A stretch of DNA of 51,289 nucleotides from Gammaproteobacteria bacterium. GTDB taxonomy: Bacteria > Pseudomonadota > Gammaproteobacteria > GCA-001735895. Both the position numbers and the translations under genes were made by a program. Under the pieces are notes generated by a model. The model was not told the DNA's origin and searched no databases. It saw only the letters and a program-made list of their open reading frames with translations. The stretch covers positions 1 to 51,289 of the forward strand of contig JASJBW010000001.1 of the NCBI GenBank assembly GCA_030066315.1, read 5' to 3'. Below, piece after piece: positions 19,639 through 29,277 of this stretch (position 1 is the stretch's first letter; every line of letters starts with the position of its first letter).

Positions 19639-20189
19639 TGTTCAGCCTCCGATCTGGGCAAATGTGCCAGTTGAGTGGCCTTGAGTTTTCCTTTCTGGGC
19701 GTAGGCCTGGGTTTTTTTACGGGAACTGCGATAAGATTCCATTTTTCTTAACTCAGCCAGGTTAGGCGTGGCTTTTTTTATCTGCTCTTCGCTCAGCCCC
19801 CTGACACCTATCGTGGCCGTGCGTTGAAAACTGTAACCCTTTTTTTCGCTGGAAAATAAACCGCTGGCTTTGCGTGACAAACTGGCGAGGCCGCTGAAAA
19901 AACCACCTGAATCTTTTTCTTTTTCGGTGATAATAATGGTACCGTTGCGTACTTTATAACTTCGCACCCAGGCTAAGGAACCATCGGCAATATTGACCTC
20001 TTTCCAACTGCCGGCTCGCGAGACAATAGTGACAGGTGTTCCTGCCTTAGCAAAAAGGGTTTGCGGAGAGGCTATGCTGGGTCTTTCGTAAAGGGCCGTA
20101 TCACTGATGATTGTGGCATCACTGGCAAGGACTTTCGTACTGGTCAAAAAGGTAACGAGTAACAACAATCTGAACCGGGTTAATTTCAA
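19635..20189 (-). CDS. Secreted SH3-domain protein
   Basis: The track ORF extends to 20279. However, a TTG at 20189 is preceded by a perfect GGAGGA (20196-20201) and gives a classical signal peptide, MKLTRFRLLLLVTFLTSTKVLA/SD. Bacterial SH3-like block 'GTPVTIVSRAGSWKEVNIADGSLAWVRSYKV'. Confidence 0.75.
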   Translation of the reverse strand: MKLTRFRLLLLVTFLTSTKVLASDATIISDTALYERPSIASPQTLFAKAGTPVTIVSRAGSWKEVNIADGSLAWVRSYKVRNGTIIITEKEKDSGGFFSGLASLSRKASGLFSSEKKGYSFQRTATIGVRGLSEEQIKKATPNLAELRKMESYRSSRKKTQAYAQKGKLKATQLAHLPRSEAEQ

Positions 20190-20305
20190 GCGGTGTCCTC
20201 CGTTAAAATACAATGATGAAATGCATCGGCTGCGACAATATGTCACTTTTAGCCACGATATAGAGTAATTATGATGCATGATCCAAATTTTTCCGGAGAG
20301 ATTTT

Positions 20306-20788
20306 ATGAAAAAATTAATCGCTTGCTTATTCTTAATGGCACCCATGCCCATTTTAGCTGATGTCGCCGCAGTTATTACTATTGAAGACCCGTTTGCACG
20401 GGCGGCTATTCAGCAGCAAAGAAACAGTGCTGCTTTCATGAAACTGGGTAATAAAGGTGCTGATGCAGCGATCGTTTATGCCAAGAGTCCGGTTGCTGAT
20501 ATCGTGGAATTACATACTCATGTTAATGACCAGGGTGTAATGCGGATGCGTAAGATTGAGCGTATCGAACTGCCAGCGCAACAAACCGTCACGCTTAAAC
20601 CAGGTGGTTTGCATGTGATGCTGCTGGGTTTGAATCAAGACCTTAAGGTGGGACAGACGATTGAAGTGACTCTCGGATTTTCTGATAGCAGTGAAAAAAC
20701 AATTGAGGTTCCGGTTAAAATGGTACAACGTCCCATGATGAAAGGGCACGGTAAAAATCATGATAAAAAACAAATGATGACCCACTAG
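20306..20788 (+). CDS. Periplasmic copper chaperone PCu(A)C (DUF461)
   Basis: 160 aa. Signal peptide. 'ELHTH...GVMRMR' and 'PGGLHVMLLGL' Cu(I)-binding His/Met motifs. Followed by an SCO gene. Confidence 0.85.
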   Translation: MKKLIACLFLMAPMPILADVAAVITIEDPFARAAIQQQRNSAAFMKLGNKGADAAIVYAKSPVADIVELHTHVNDQGVMRMRKIERIELPAQQTVTLKPGGLHVMLLGLNQDLKVGQTIEVTLGFSDSSEKTIEVPVKMVQRPMMKGHGKNHDKKQMMTH

Positions 20789-20826
20789 AAACATTTATGC
20801 TGATTCCAGTTTGAGTTACAAAGGCC

Positions 20827-21420
20827 ATGAAAAAATATAATCATTTATATTTTTGGATCGTAGTGATCTGTTTTTTTGGCGGTATCCTGCTGGCCCAGCA
20901 GTTTCTCAAACAACAGGGCAGTGATTTAATTCCAGGGGCCGGTGGCAATTTTACGTTACAGGCCGATCAGGGCCCCGTTGCTTTGAGTGATTTTAAAGGC
21001 AAAGTGGTCGCGCTTTATTTTGGTTATATGTCTTGCCCGGATATTTGTCCGACCTCGCTTTGGAACCTGTCTGCTGCAATGAATTCATTAACACGCGAAC
21101 AGGCGGAACAGGTGCAGGGGCTTTTTATCTCGGTTGACCCCGAGCGAGATAGCCCCTATGCCCTGAATTTGTTTGTTAAAGGTTTTTTTGACAGTTTTCT
21201 CGGACTTACCGGTTTAAAATCCGAAATTGACAAGATTGCCAGACAGTATGGCGTCATCTATGAAAAGGTTCCTCTGCCAGATTCAGCGATGGGGTATGTA
21301 ATTGACCATACGTCGGTGATTTATCTTATCGATCAGCAAGGGGTGTTACAGTATTACCTACCTCATAACACGGATCCCGAATCCATTAAAAATGACTTAT
21401 TGAAGCTCTTGGAAGAATAA
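20827..21420 (+). CDS. SCO1/SenC-family copper chaperone / thiol-disulfide oxidoreductase
   Basis: 197 aa. N-terminal TM anchor. 'FGYMSCPDICP' CxxxC motif. Conserved His in 'IDHTS'. Confidence 0.9.
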   Translation: MKKYNHLYFWIVVICFFGGILLAQQFLKQQGSDLIPGAGGNFTLQADQGPVALSDFKGKVVALYFGYMSCPDICPTSLWNLSAAMNSLTREQAEQVQGLFISVDPERDSPYALNLFVKGFFDSFLGLTGLKSEIDKIARQYGVIYEKVPLPDSAMGYVIDHTSVIYLIDQQGVLQYYLPHNTDPESIKNDLLKLLEE

Positions 21421-21433
21421 CTTTGCATTAAAG

Positions 21434-21856
21434 CTATTCAGGGGGTGGATTACCGGTGCTCCATTTTTTAAATCGTTTTTTACAGTATGTCAGCAGGCTG
21501 GGATAATCCGGAAACCATAAATCGAAACCATCTTCTGCAGGAGCATCAAATTCACAATAATCATTGGAGTGACTGCGGCAGATGGTCGGGCGGTCATCGT
21601 AAATACCGCATTGACCATTGGCGAGTAGATTACTGCAGGTTGTTTCGAAAATAATGAACCAGCCGTCTTCATCCTTGTAAGCGCCAACCTTGTCATGAGA
21701 TACCTGCCATAACAGTATTTCAAAATCATACTTTGATTTTGGGGTGTCTATCTGTTGTGTGACATAGGTGCAGCACTTGGAATTGGTGCATAGGGTGCAC
21801 TTATTTTCACTGGTGATCTCGATGTCTGGGAACTTGATATTATCCGGTTTATTCAT
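21434..21856 (-). CDS. YkgJ-family cysteine-cluster protein (CxxCxxCC / UPF0153)
   Basis: 140 aa. '[12 protein letters not shown]' plus downstream '[19 protein letters not shown]'. Overlaps the hemF end by 8 nt. Confidence 0.75.
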   Translation of the reverse strand: MNKPDNIKFPDIEITSENKCTLCTNSKCCTYVTQQIDTPKSKYDFEILLWQVSHDKVGAYKDEDGWFIIFETTCSNLLANGQCGIYDDRPTICRSHSNDYCEFDAPAEDGFDLWFPDYPSLLTYCKKRFKKWSTGNPPPE

Positions 21857-22760
21857 TGATCCAGTCTTTAGGTTTCAGAAAGACCTGATAGAGTTCATCT
21901 TCAGCACTACCGGGTTCCGGTTGATAATTATATTTCCAGTTAACGACCGGGGGCAAGGACATCAGAATCGATTCGGTTCGGCCACCTGATTGCAATCCAA
22001 ATAAGGTGCCACGGTCATAGACCAGGTTAAACTCAACGTAACGCCCACGACGATAGAGTTGGAAATCTCTTTCACGATTTCCATAAGGGATCTCTTTCCT
22101 CTTTTCCACAATGGGTAGGTAAGCAGGCAGGTAATGATCACCCACACTTTGCAGGAAAGCAAAAGCGCCATCAAAATCAGGCGTATTCAAGTCATCAAAA
22201 AATAATCCACCGATTCCACGAGGTTCTCCTCTGTGTTTCAGGTAAAAGTATTCATCGCACCATTTCTTGTATTTTTCATAAATATCGCTACCAAATGGGT
22301 CACAGGCAGCCTTCGCAGTAAGGTGCCAGTGCCGACAGTCTTCTTTGTTTCCGTAGTAGGGCGTAAGATCAAACCCGCCGCCAAACCACCATACAGGCGC
22401 CGCTCCATCCTTTTCTGCAATAAAGAACCTGACATTGGCATGTGAGGTGGGTACATAGGGGTTATGAGGATGGATGACCAGTGATACCCCCATGGCTCTG
22501 AAGTTGCGGCCTGCGAGTTCGGGGCGGTGAGCTGTTGCTGAAGCGGGTAAGTTTGCACCAAAGACCTCAGAGAAATTGACACCGGCCTGTTCAAATACCC
22601 CACCATTACTTAATACCCGGGTGCGACCGCCACCTCCTGTTGAGCGCTTCCAGTCATCTACCAGGAATTCTTCCTGGCCATCCAGTTTTGATATGCCGGC
22701 ACAAATGGTGTCCTGCAGATTCATCAGGTAGCTACGAACTGAATCGATTTCAATGCTCAT
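21849..22760 (-). CDS. hemF: Oxygen-dependent coproporphyrinogen III oxidase
   Basis: 303 aa. '[13 protein letters not shown]', '[14 protein letters not shown]', '[17 protein letters not shown]'. Confidence 0.96.
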   Translation of the reverse strand: MSIEIDSVRSYLMNLQDTICAGISKLDGQEEFLVDDWKRSTGGGGRTRVLSNGGVFEQAGVNFSEVFGANLPASATAHRPELAGRNFRAMGVSLVIHPHNPYVPTSHANVRFFIAEKDGAAPVWWFGGGFDLTPYYGNKEDCRHWHLTAKAACDPFGSDIYEKYKKWCDEYFYLKHRGEPRGIGGLFFDDLNTPDFDGAFAFLQSVGDHYLPAYLPIVEKRKEIPYGNRERDFQLYRRGRYVEFNLVYDRGTLFGLQSGGRTESILMSLPPVVNWKYNYQPEPGSAEDELYQVFLKPKDWINE

Positions 22761-22803
22761 AGTTAAATAGAGTGATTGTTAAAAGTCGCCTAGTCTAACA
22801 TGC

Positions 22804-23361
22804 TCAGGCACGTAATATTTTACCGCTATCTAATTCGCGGATTTCACTGGCCTGCCGCCCAGGGACTCGGTATCCCTCTATGACAAAATCAACATCATGT
22901 TGAAACTGTTTATGTATATTGAATTGATTGCGAGCGGTAGGTTGGCCGGATAAATTTGCACTGGTACTGACAAGAGGCGCTTGCATACCTTGGCACAGAA
23001 TTCGAATATGTGACAAGTCCGTGATTCGTATGGCCAGAGTACCCCTGCGAGCTTTTAACCAGCTGGGACAATCTGGGTGAGCGCGTACAATCCAGGTGAG
23101 TGGTCTCGGTCTTGGCATTTTTAGGGTTGATAAATGCCTGTAGTAGTCATCAGGATTAATATAGGTTTTAAACAGTTCAATAGACGAGGCTAATAAAATG
23201 AGGCCCTTGTCTCGGGGGCGACGTTTCAAAGATTTAATACGGGTGACGGCCTTTTCAATCCGTGGGTGACAGCCGAAGCCCCAGATCGTGTCCGTAGGGT
23301 AGGCGATAATGGCTCCTTGGTTGATTGCTGAAGCAATTTGTCGTAGACGCCAGGGGGACAT
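22804..23361 (-). CDS. tsaC: L-threonylcarbamoyladenylate synthase (YrdC/TsaC family)
   Basis: 185 aa. 'IAYPTDTIWGFG' and 'LVSTSANLSGQP'. Confidence 0.9.
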   Translation of the reverse strand: MSPWRLRQIASAINQGAIIAYPTDTIWGFGCHPRIEKAVTRIKSLKRRPRDKGLILLASSIELFKTYINPDDYYRHLSTLKMPRPRPLTWIVRAHPDCPSWLKARRGTLAIRITDLSHIRILCQGMQAPLVSTSANLSGQPTARNQFNIHKQFQHDVDFVIEGYRVPGRQASEIRELDSGKILRA

Positions 23362-25790
23362 TAAGCCGACATTTTGGCCGCTTTTTTTATAACTGCTTTT
23401 TTAACGGATTTTTTCTTAGTGGCGGCTTTCTTTTTATTCGCGGCTTTTTTCTTGGTTGCGGCTTTCTTTTTTGTCGCTGCTTTTTTACGTCGTGATTTGG
23501 GTAAGGGTGCTTTCTCGATAAGATCCTGACAGGTCACTAAGTCCAGTGTTGCGGGGTCTTCAACATCCTTGGGAATTCGGGCATTCTTGTTGCCGTCGGT
23601 AATGTATGGCCCATATCGGCCGCGTAGAATTTTGATGTCAGTCCCTTCAAATACTTTGATTTCACGATTTGCATCGAATTCTTTCTTTTCTTTGATGAGT
23701 TCCAGAGCGCGTTCCAGAGTCAGACTGAACGGGTCGTCACCTTCCTTAACCTTGAGAGAAACATATTTACTGCCAAATTTTACGTACGGACCGAACCGTC
23801 CGATATTGGTAGATACCGGTTCACCCTCTTCTGTAGTACCGAGTTCACGTGGTAACTTAAACAAATCAAGGGCTTCTTCCAGGGTGATATGATCCATCTT
23901 TTGACCTGGCCTTAACCCTGCAAACTTTGGCTTTTCCTCGTCGTCACGGGTGCCTATCTGTACAAAAGGTCCATATCGTCCCATACGCACCGAGATGGGT
24001 TTACCTGATTTGGGATCTGTACCGAGCTCCCGAGCCGAAATGGCTTCATCTCGACTGACGGTCTCCATCTTGTCATCGACACGCTCTTTGAAAGAAGACC
24101 AGAATTCTTTCATCAGGGGCAGCCAATCGGATTCACCACGGGAAATCTCATCCAGCGTATCTTCTAGTTGTGCAGTGAAATCGTAATCTACATACTGGGT
24201 AAAATGCTGGGTCAAAAACTTATTCACCACGCGACCTACATCGGTTGGATGAAAACGTTTGTTTTCAAGTTCCACGTAATCCCGATCTATCAGTGTGGTG
24301 ATAATGGATGCATAGGTTGAAGGGCGACCGATACCATATTCTTCCAGCGTTTTAACGAGACTGGCTTCGCTAAATCGTGGAGGTGGTTCGGTGAAATGCT
24401 GTTCGAGTCGAACCTGTAATAGCTTAACCTGGTCACCTTCGACCAGTGGTGGCAGGATATTTTCTTTTTGGTCATCCGGTTTTTTATCGTCCCTGCCTTC
24501 CGTATAGACTTGCATAAAGCCGGGGTTGCGGATGGTTGAGCCATTGGCTCTAAACGTGTTAAGGCTATCGGCTGCCAGGTCAACGGCAACGGTGTCTAAT
24601 GTGGCATGAATCATCTGGCAAGCAATACTGCGTTTCCAAATCAGGTCATAGAGACGATATTCATCTTGGCTCAAATGTGATTTTATTTGATCCGGTGTGT
24701 TCATGGCGCTGGTGGGACGTATCGCCTCATGTGCTTCCTGAGCATTCTTAGATTTGGTTTTAAAGATTCTGGGGGCTTCAGGTAATGACTCTGCTCCGTA
24801 TTTCTGAGCAATCAATGTTCGGATATCTTCGATTGCTTCGTTAGATAAAGAAACAGAGTCGGTTCGCATGTAAGTGATTAGACCCGTTTGACCTGCTCCG
24901 ATATCAATACCTTCATACAGACGTTGAGCCGTGCGCATGGTTTTTTGAGCGCCAAACCCAAGCTTTCGTGAAGCTTCCTGCTGTAATGTCGATGTAGTGA
25001 AAGGTGCTGCAGGGTTGCGTTTTCGTTGTTTCTTCTCAACTTTGCTGACGGTTAAACGACCATTGGCAGCATTGTTGATAATCTCGTGAGCCTGGTTGGC
25101 TTGTTCACTATTGACGATACTAAACTGCTTGACTTTTTCACCCTGGTATTGGGTAAGTTTTGCGGTAAACGTTTGTTTGTCTATTTCATTATCAGCCTCG
25201 ATGCTCCAGTATTCTTCAGGCTTGAAAGCTTCGATTTCCTGTTCGCGCTCAACGATAAGACGTAATGCAGGGCTTTGAACGCGACCAGCCGATAGCCCCC
25301 GCCTGATCTTGCGCCATAACAAAGGTGACAAATTGAAGCCCACAAGATAATCCAGTGCTCGCCGAGCCTGTTGTGCATTAACCAGGTCCATTGTAATGGA
25401 ACGTGGATGAGCCACTGCCTCTGATACAGCCTGTTTCGTGATTTCGTAAAACACAACACGGTAAGCATTTTTATTCTTCATCAGGTTACGATCTTGAAGT
25501 AACTGATAAAGATGCCAGGATATGGCTTCACCTTCACGGTCGGGGTCAGTTGCCAAATATAACGAGTCCGCTTTTTTTAATTCCTTGGCAATGGTTTTGA
25601 TATGTTTCTCATTGCGTTCGACGACTTCATAATTCATCTTGAAATCATTATCAGTCTCGACGGCACCTTCTTTAGGAATCAGATCGCGTACATGACCATA
25701 CGAGGCCAGAACCTTAAAGTCCTTGCCTAGATATTTTTCGATAGTTTTAGCTTTTGCAGGCGACTCTACTATGACGAGGTTGCTACTCAT
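23361..25790 (-). CDS. topA: DNA topoisomerase I (type IA) with cysteine-free C-terminal repeats and a Lys-rich tail
   Basis: 809 aa. Toprim 'IVESPAKAKTI' and 'ATDPDREGEAI'. Active-site Tyr in 'ITYMRTDS'. Three 'GR[YF]GP[FY]' C-terminal repeats. Tail 'KKAATKKKAATKKKAANKKKAATKKK'. Confidence 0.97.
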   Translation of the reverse strand: MSSNLVIVESPAKAKTIEKYLGKDFKVLASYGHVRDLIPKEGAVETDNDFKMNYEVVERNEKHIKTIAKELKKADSLYLATDPDREGEAISWHLYQLLQDRNLMKNKNAYRVVFYEITKQAVSEAVAHPRSITMDLVNAQQARRALDYLVGFNLSPLLWRKIRRGLSAGRVQSPALRLIVEREQEIEAFKPEEYWSIEADNEIDKQTFTAKLTQYQGEKVKQFSIVNSEQANQAHEIINNAANGRLTVSKVEKKQRKRNPAAPFTTSTLQQEASRKLGFGAQKTMRTAQRLYEGIDIGAGQTGLITYMRTDSVSLSNEAIEDIRTLIAQKYGAESLPEAPRIFKTKSKNAQEAHEAIRPTSAMNTPDQIKSHLSQDEYRLYDLIWKRSIACQMIHATLDTVAVDLAADSLNTFRANGSTIRNPGFMQVYTEGRDDKKPDDQKENILPPLVEGDQVKLLQVRLEQHFTEPPPRFSEASLVKTLEEYGIGRPSTYASIITTLIDRDYVELENKRFHPTDVGRVVNKFLTQHFTQYVDYDFTAQLEDTLDEISRGESDWLPLMKEFWSSFKERVDDKMETVSRDEAISARELGTDPKSGKPISVRMGRYGPFVQIGTRDDEEKPKFAGLRPGQKMDHITLEEALDLFKLPRELGTTEEGEPVSTNIGRFGPYVKFGSKYVSLKVKEGDDPFSLTLERALELIKEKKEFDANREIKVFEGTDIKILRGRYGPYITDGNKNARIPKDVEDPATLDLVTCQDLIEKAPLPKSRRKKAATKKKAATKKKAANKKKAATKKKSVKKAVIKKAAKMSA

Positions 25791-25810
25791 AGACGAACAG
25801 GGAAATGGTT

Positions 25811-26293
25811 TTAATGGAAAATAGCAGGCTGGTCAGCAAAGACGATATCTTCATAATGCATCAAGGTGTTCTCATCCTGATCAGTGGCATTGTTAAATAG
25901 CACCATCATCACCACCCATTTGAATTCCTCCATATCGATTACGCCATTTCCATCCAGCGCCATGATACGATTAATCACTAATTCACGTAGTTCGGGTGTC
26001 AGCACGCCTGATTGTTCTAAAAAGAAGAGAAAGCCTTGGATTTTGCTGTCCATGCGCAACTGTTCTTTATCTGAGTAGATGCGCATGGCATGTATTGATT
26101 GTTCGACAGCTGGGATATCTCCTGCCAGAGCCAGGCCATCTAACCAGTCAAATGCTTTTTCTATTTCCTGGGACTGGAAACCGGCCTCGCGGAGGTCGGC
26201 ATCAATACTGTCTCGGTCTTCGGGTAGGGTGTCATCATTATCGATATAGCTGGAAAATATGTACATGAGTACATCTATAACACCTTCTTTCAT
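25811..26293 (-). CDS. smg: Smg protein (DUF494)
   Basis: 160 aa. 'MKEGVIDVLMYIFSSYID' N-terminus. Conserved dprA-smg-topA position. Confidence 0.88.
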   Translation of the reverse strand: MKEGVIDVLMYIFSSYIDNDDTLPEDRDSIDADLREAGFQSQEIEKAFDWLDGLALAGDIPAVEQSIHAMRIYSDKEQLRMDSKIQGFLFFLEQSGVLTPELRELVINRIMALDGNGVIDMEEFKWVVMMVLFNNATDQDENTLMHYEDIVFADQPAIFH

Positions 26294-26305
26294 GTATGCC
26301 TCTGT

Positions 26306-27409
26306 TTAGCACCTGAGATATAAACCTCCAGGTGCGGGTTGAATAAAATCGTTTAACTCGAGTATTAACAGCATGGAGGAAAGCTGTTCAATGGTCAAGC
26401 CGCTGCGTTCGACCATGGTATCCAGAGATACCGGATCATAGCCCATGAGCTCGAGTAAATCCTGATATTCCTGCTCTAATGGGTTGGACGCGTCATCTTC
26501 CGGCAGATCGGTTTTTTCAGCAACATAACCCAGCAAACTGCCTATATCATCAATAATATCGGAGGCCTGGTCAACCAGTTTTGCACCGGAGCGAATTAAA
26601 TGATGACAGCCCTTGGCCTGAGGGTTATGGATAGAACCGGGAATAGCAAACACTTCCCGGCCCTGTTCCAATCCCAGGCGAGCAGTAATCAATGAGCCGC
26701 TTTTTTGGGTAGCCTCGACCACCAGTATGGCAAGGCTTAGACCACTGATCAGGCGGTTACGCTTAGGGAAATTGGCACTGTTAGGTTGAGTGCCAAGCTG
26801 AAACTCGGAGATGATCAATCCTTCCTCTGCAATTTGATGCGCTAACTTCTGGTTGCGAGAAGGATAAATGCGATCAATACCGGTTCCAATCACTGCAATC
26901 GTGTTACCTGATCCTTGAAGGGCCCCCAGGTGAGCGTGTTTATCTATACCCAATGCCATACCGCTGGTGATGGTCATGCCCGAATTTGACAAGTATCGTG
27001 CAAACGCTTGAGCCGTATCTGCACCACCTGGGGTGCAGTTACGACTACCGACAATAGCAATCTGAGGCGTGTTGAGTAATTCATGGCGCCCGATCAGGTA
27101 GAGAACCGGGGGCGCATCATGGATCTCTTTTAACAGTTTGGGGTAACGTGGGTCATTCAGGGTGATGATAAGATGCCGCGGGTCTTGATCTAGCCAGGTC
27201 AGAGCTTGTTCAATGGGTGCCCAGTCTGGATTTTGTATATAGCTGATTTGTTCGGCTTTCAATCCGCACATCGACAAGTCTTGAGCATCCATCTGGAACA
27301 GGGTTTCCACATGGTTGTTGTGTGCGAGCAGCAGTGCTTTAAAATGAACCGGGCCTATGCCCGGGCACCTGTCTAACGCCAAGTGAAATCGCAGATCATC
27401 CTTGAACAT
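26306..27409 (-). CDS. dprA: DNA-processing protein DprA
   Basis: 367 aa. 'IAIVGSRNCT', 'SGMALGID', 'VVEATQKSGSLITA', C-terminal winged-helix region. Confidence 0.94.
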   Translation of the reverse strand: MFKDDLRFHLALDRCPGIGPVHFKALLLAHNNHVETLFQMDAQDLSMCGLKAEQISYIQNPDWAPIEQALTWLDQDPRHLIITLNDPRYPKLLKEIHDAPPVLYLIGRHELLNTPQIAIVGSRNCTPGGADTAQAFARYLSNSGMTITSGMALGIDKHAHLGALQGSGNTIAVIGTGIDRIYPSRNQKLAHQIAEEGLIISEFQLGTQPNSANFPKRNRLISGLSLAILVVEATQKSGSLITARLGLEQGREVFAIPGSIHNPQAKGCHHLIRSGAKLVDQASDIIDDIGSLLGYVAEKTDLPEDDASNPLEQEYQDLLELMGYDPVSLDTMVERSGLTIEQLSSMLLILELNDFIQPAPGGLYLRC

Positions 27410-27420
27410 GCATGAGGATT

Positions 27421-28599
27421 TTAGGGTGTGTGCACCATATTGTCCATTCTGATAGGTGTGTTGGCTTCCATGATCAGGCCAATACTCATTTTTTCATAGG
27501 CCCGCACGACCATGATGATGCCACTGCGCTCATCAGGTAATTTAACCTTAAAGTTTGGCTTGTCTTCATTACGATCAATGACGACTTTACCTTCACGTAA
27601 TACTTCTAAGACGTTACCGGTTTTGATATCGTCTCTGAGACCCAGGTTGATCACGATGGTCTGGTATTGGCCGACCTGAGAAATTCCGTCGAGCAGGGAT
27701 ATTACTCGACCTTTGACATCGTGTTTGGGCGCTCTGGGGAAAAAGTCGCGCTCAATGTTAGAGTTGTCAATCGGTAGCACGCGGTCGTCCCGTAAGATTT
27801 CACGAGAGGAAGAAGTGACGCGAATGGAGGCAGGATCTCCACCACGTTCCAACTTGGCTTCGGCAACATAGAGCGCCTCGTAACCCAGCACTTCACCGGT
27901 GGCAGTGTCAACCAGAGGTTTGTTGGGTCGAAAGAGCTGATAGCGACCATTGCCCGTGGTATCCAGGTTTCTGACATACAGTGTATCGTTAATGGCGTTC
28001 GCCAGGTGATTATCGCGGCTGTCCAACACGTAGGCAGACTCGGCCAGGACGGCTTCATCAATAATTAAAGGTTTTTCGAGTAACTGGCGAATGGACTCGA
28101 TAGGAATCGATGGAATGCTGGCATCTATGGATTGAGCCCGAATACGTGGTGATAGCTTGACCACCTTCATGCCGTTAGATAAAGCTTGACCCGTTTCACC
28201 GCGACGGATTAACTGGATGCGTTTTTGTCCGCCCACATAGATGATCGCCAATTCGTCGCCTGGAAAAATAAGGTGCGGATTCTCAATTTGAGGATTTTTG
28301 TACCAGATTTCAGGCCAGTACCAGGGGTCGCGTAAAAATTGTGAAGAGATGTCCCACAAGGTATCTCCTTTTTGTACAATATAGGTTTGCGGATGTTCGG
28401 GTTCGTACACCACCGTTTCGCGAGCGGGAGGTGGTTCGGGTGCTGGTTCAGCGGGTTTGACAGTAATGACTTCAGGTTCTGGTTCTTCCTGTTCGACCAC
28501 AGCATAAGGTTCATCCGTTGTGGCGCAGCCGTTTAAGAGAAGGAAACTGGAGATTATGAACAGTCCGTGTATTAACAGCTGCTTGTTATGTTTATACAT
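27421..28599 (-). CDS. LysM-domain lipoprotein
   Basis: The track ORF runs to 28689. ATG at 28599 has an AGGGG Shine-Dalgarno sequence and gives the lipoprotein signal MYKHNKQLLIHGLFIISSFLLLNG/C. LysM block 'YIVQKGDTLWDISSQFL...IFPGDEL'. Conserved neighbour of dprA/def. Confidence 0.85.
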   Translation of the reverse strand: MYKHNKQLLIHGLFIISSFLLLNGCATTDEPYAVVEQEEPEPEVITVKPAEPAPEPPPARETVVYEPEHPQTYIVQKGDTLWDISSQFLRDPWYWPEIWYKNPQIENPHLIFPGDELAIIYVGGQKRIQLIRRGETGQALSNGMKVVKLSPRIRAQSIDASIPSIPIESIRQLLEKPLIIDEAVLAESAYVLDSRDNHLANAINDTLYVRNLDTTGNGRYQLFRPNKPLVDTATGEVLGYEALYVAEAKLERGGDPASIRVTSSSREILRDDRVLPIDNSNIERDFFPRAPKHDVKGRVISLLDGISQVGQYQTIVINLGLRDDIKTGNVLEVLREGKVVIDRNEDKPNFKVKLPDERSGIIMVVRAYEKMSIGLIMEANTPIRMDNMVHTP

Positions 28600-28742
28600 A
28601 GAAACCCCTGTATTTGGTGTATTTTTGTATATTGGGCGATTGTAGTTGAATTCTGTCCAACTACAACCTTTTTTATGGTTAAGATTCATTTATAATCATA
28701 AACTTGGAGTGATAACCTGTAACTTCTCTCGAAGTTTGAATA

Positions 28743-29252
28743 ATGGCTTTATTAAATATTTTACATTTCCCTGATCCTCGTCTTAGGACTATAGCTGAAG
28801 CTGTGACAATTTTTGACGAAGATTTAAAGACACTGGTCAGTGACATGTTTGAAACGATGTATGAGGCGCCTGGTATAGGTCTTGCTGCGACCCAGGTGGA
28901 TGTTCATAAAAGACTGCTGGTTATGGATGTGTCTGAGGAAAAAAATAACCCCAAGGTATTGATAAACCCAGAAATTTTAGAGAAAGAAGGTGAAGAAGAG
29001 ATGGATGAAGGGTGTTTGTCGGTGCCTGGATATTACGAAACGGTCAGGCGTGCAGAAAAAATCCGCGTCAGGGCTCAAGATGCTCACGGTGATTTTTTTG
29101 AAATCAGTGCTGATGGCCTAGAAGCGGTTTGTATTCAGCATGAAATGGATCATCTCGAAGGTAAATTATTTGTCGATTACATCTCAAACCTCAAACGTGA
29201 CCGCATCCGTAAAAAGTTGGAAAAACTGAAGAAGCAGGAACAAAGAGCCTGA
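28743..29252 (+). CDS. def: Peptide deformylase
   Basis: 169 aa. 'GIGLAATQV', 'EGCLSVPG', 'QHEMDHLEG'. Confidence 0.98.
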   Translation: MALLNILHFPDPRLRTIAEAVTIFDEDLKTLVSDMFETMYEAPGIGLAATQVDVHKRLLVMDVSEEKNNPKVLINPEILEKEGEEEMDEGCLSVPGYYETVRRAEKIRVRAQDAHGDFFEISADGLEAVCIQHEMDHLEGKLFVDYISNLKRDRIRKKLEKLKKQEQRA

Positions 29253-29277
29253 TTTCCCTCGATAGAGTATTTCTGAG

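Noticed and set aside
13716-20279. Possible defence or accessory island (WYL regulator, unknown small protein, large multidomain protein, protease).
   Set aside because: No nuclease, helicase, methyltransferase, ATPase-effector, toxin, integrase or other mobility gene is present. There are no flanking repeats or tRNA. The genes read as signalling and envelope functions. Calling it a defence system would be unsupported.
20190-20279. Extra 30 N-terminal residues of the SH3 protein in the ORF track.
   Set aside because: An internal TTG with a perfect GGAGGA gives a canonical signal peptide. The upstream residues are Cys/Arg/Ser-rich nonsense.
23400-23480. Imperfect 15-bp tandem repeats (gcggctttcttttt...).
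   Set aside because: They are in frame and encode the AATKKK tail of TopA. This is not a CRISPR or intergenic repeat array. They are mentioned only as possible length-variable coding repeats.
28600-28689. Extra 30 N-terminal residues of the LysM protein in the ORF track.
   Set aside because: ATG 28599 with an AGGGG Shine-Dalgarno sequence yields a proper lipoprotein signal ending in the LLNG/C lipobox.
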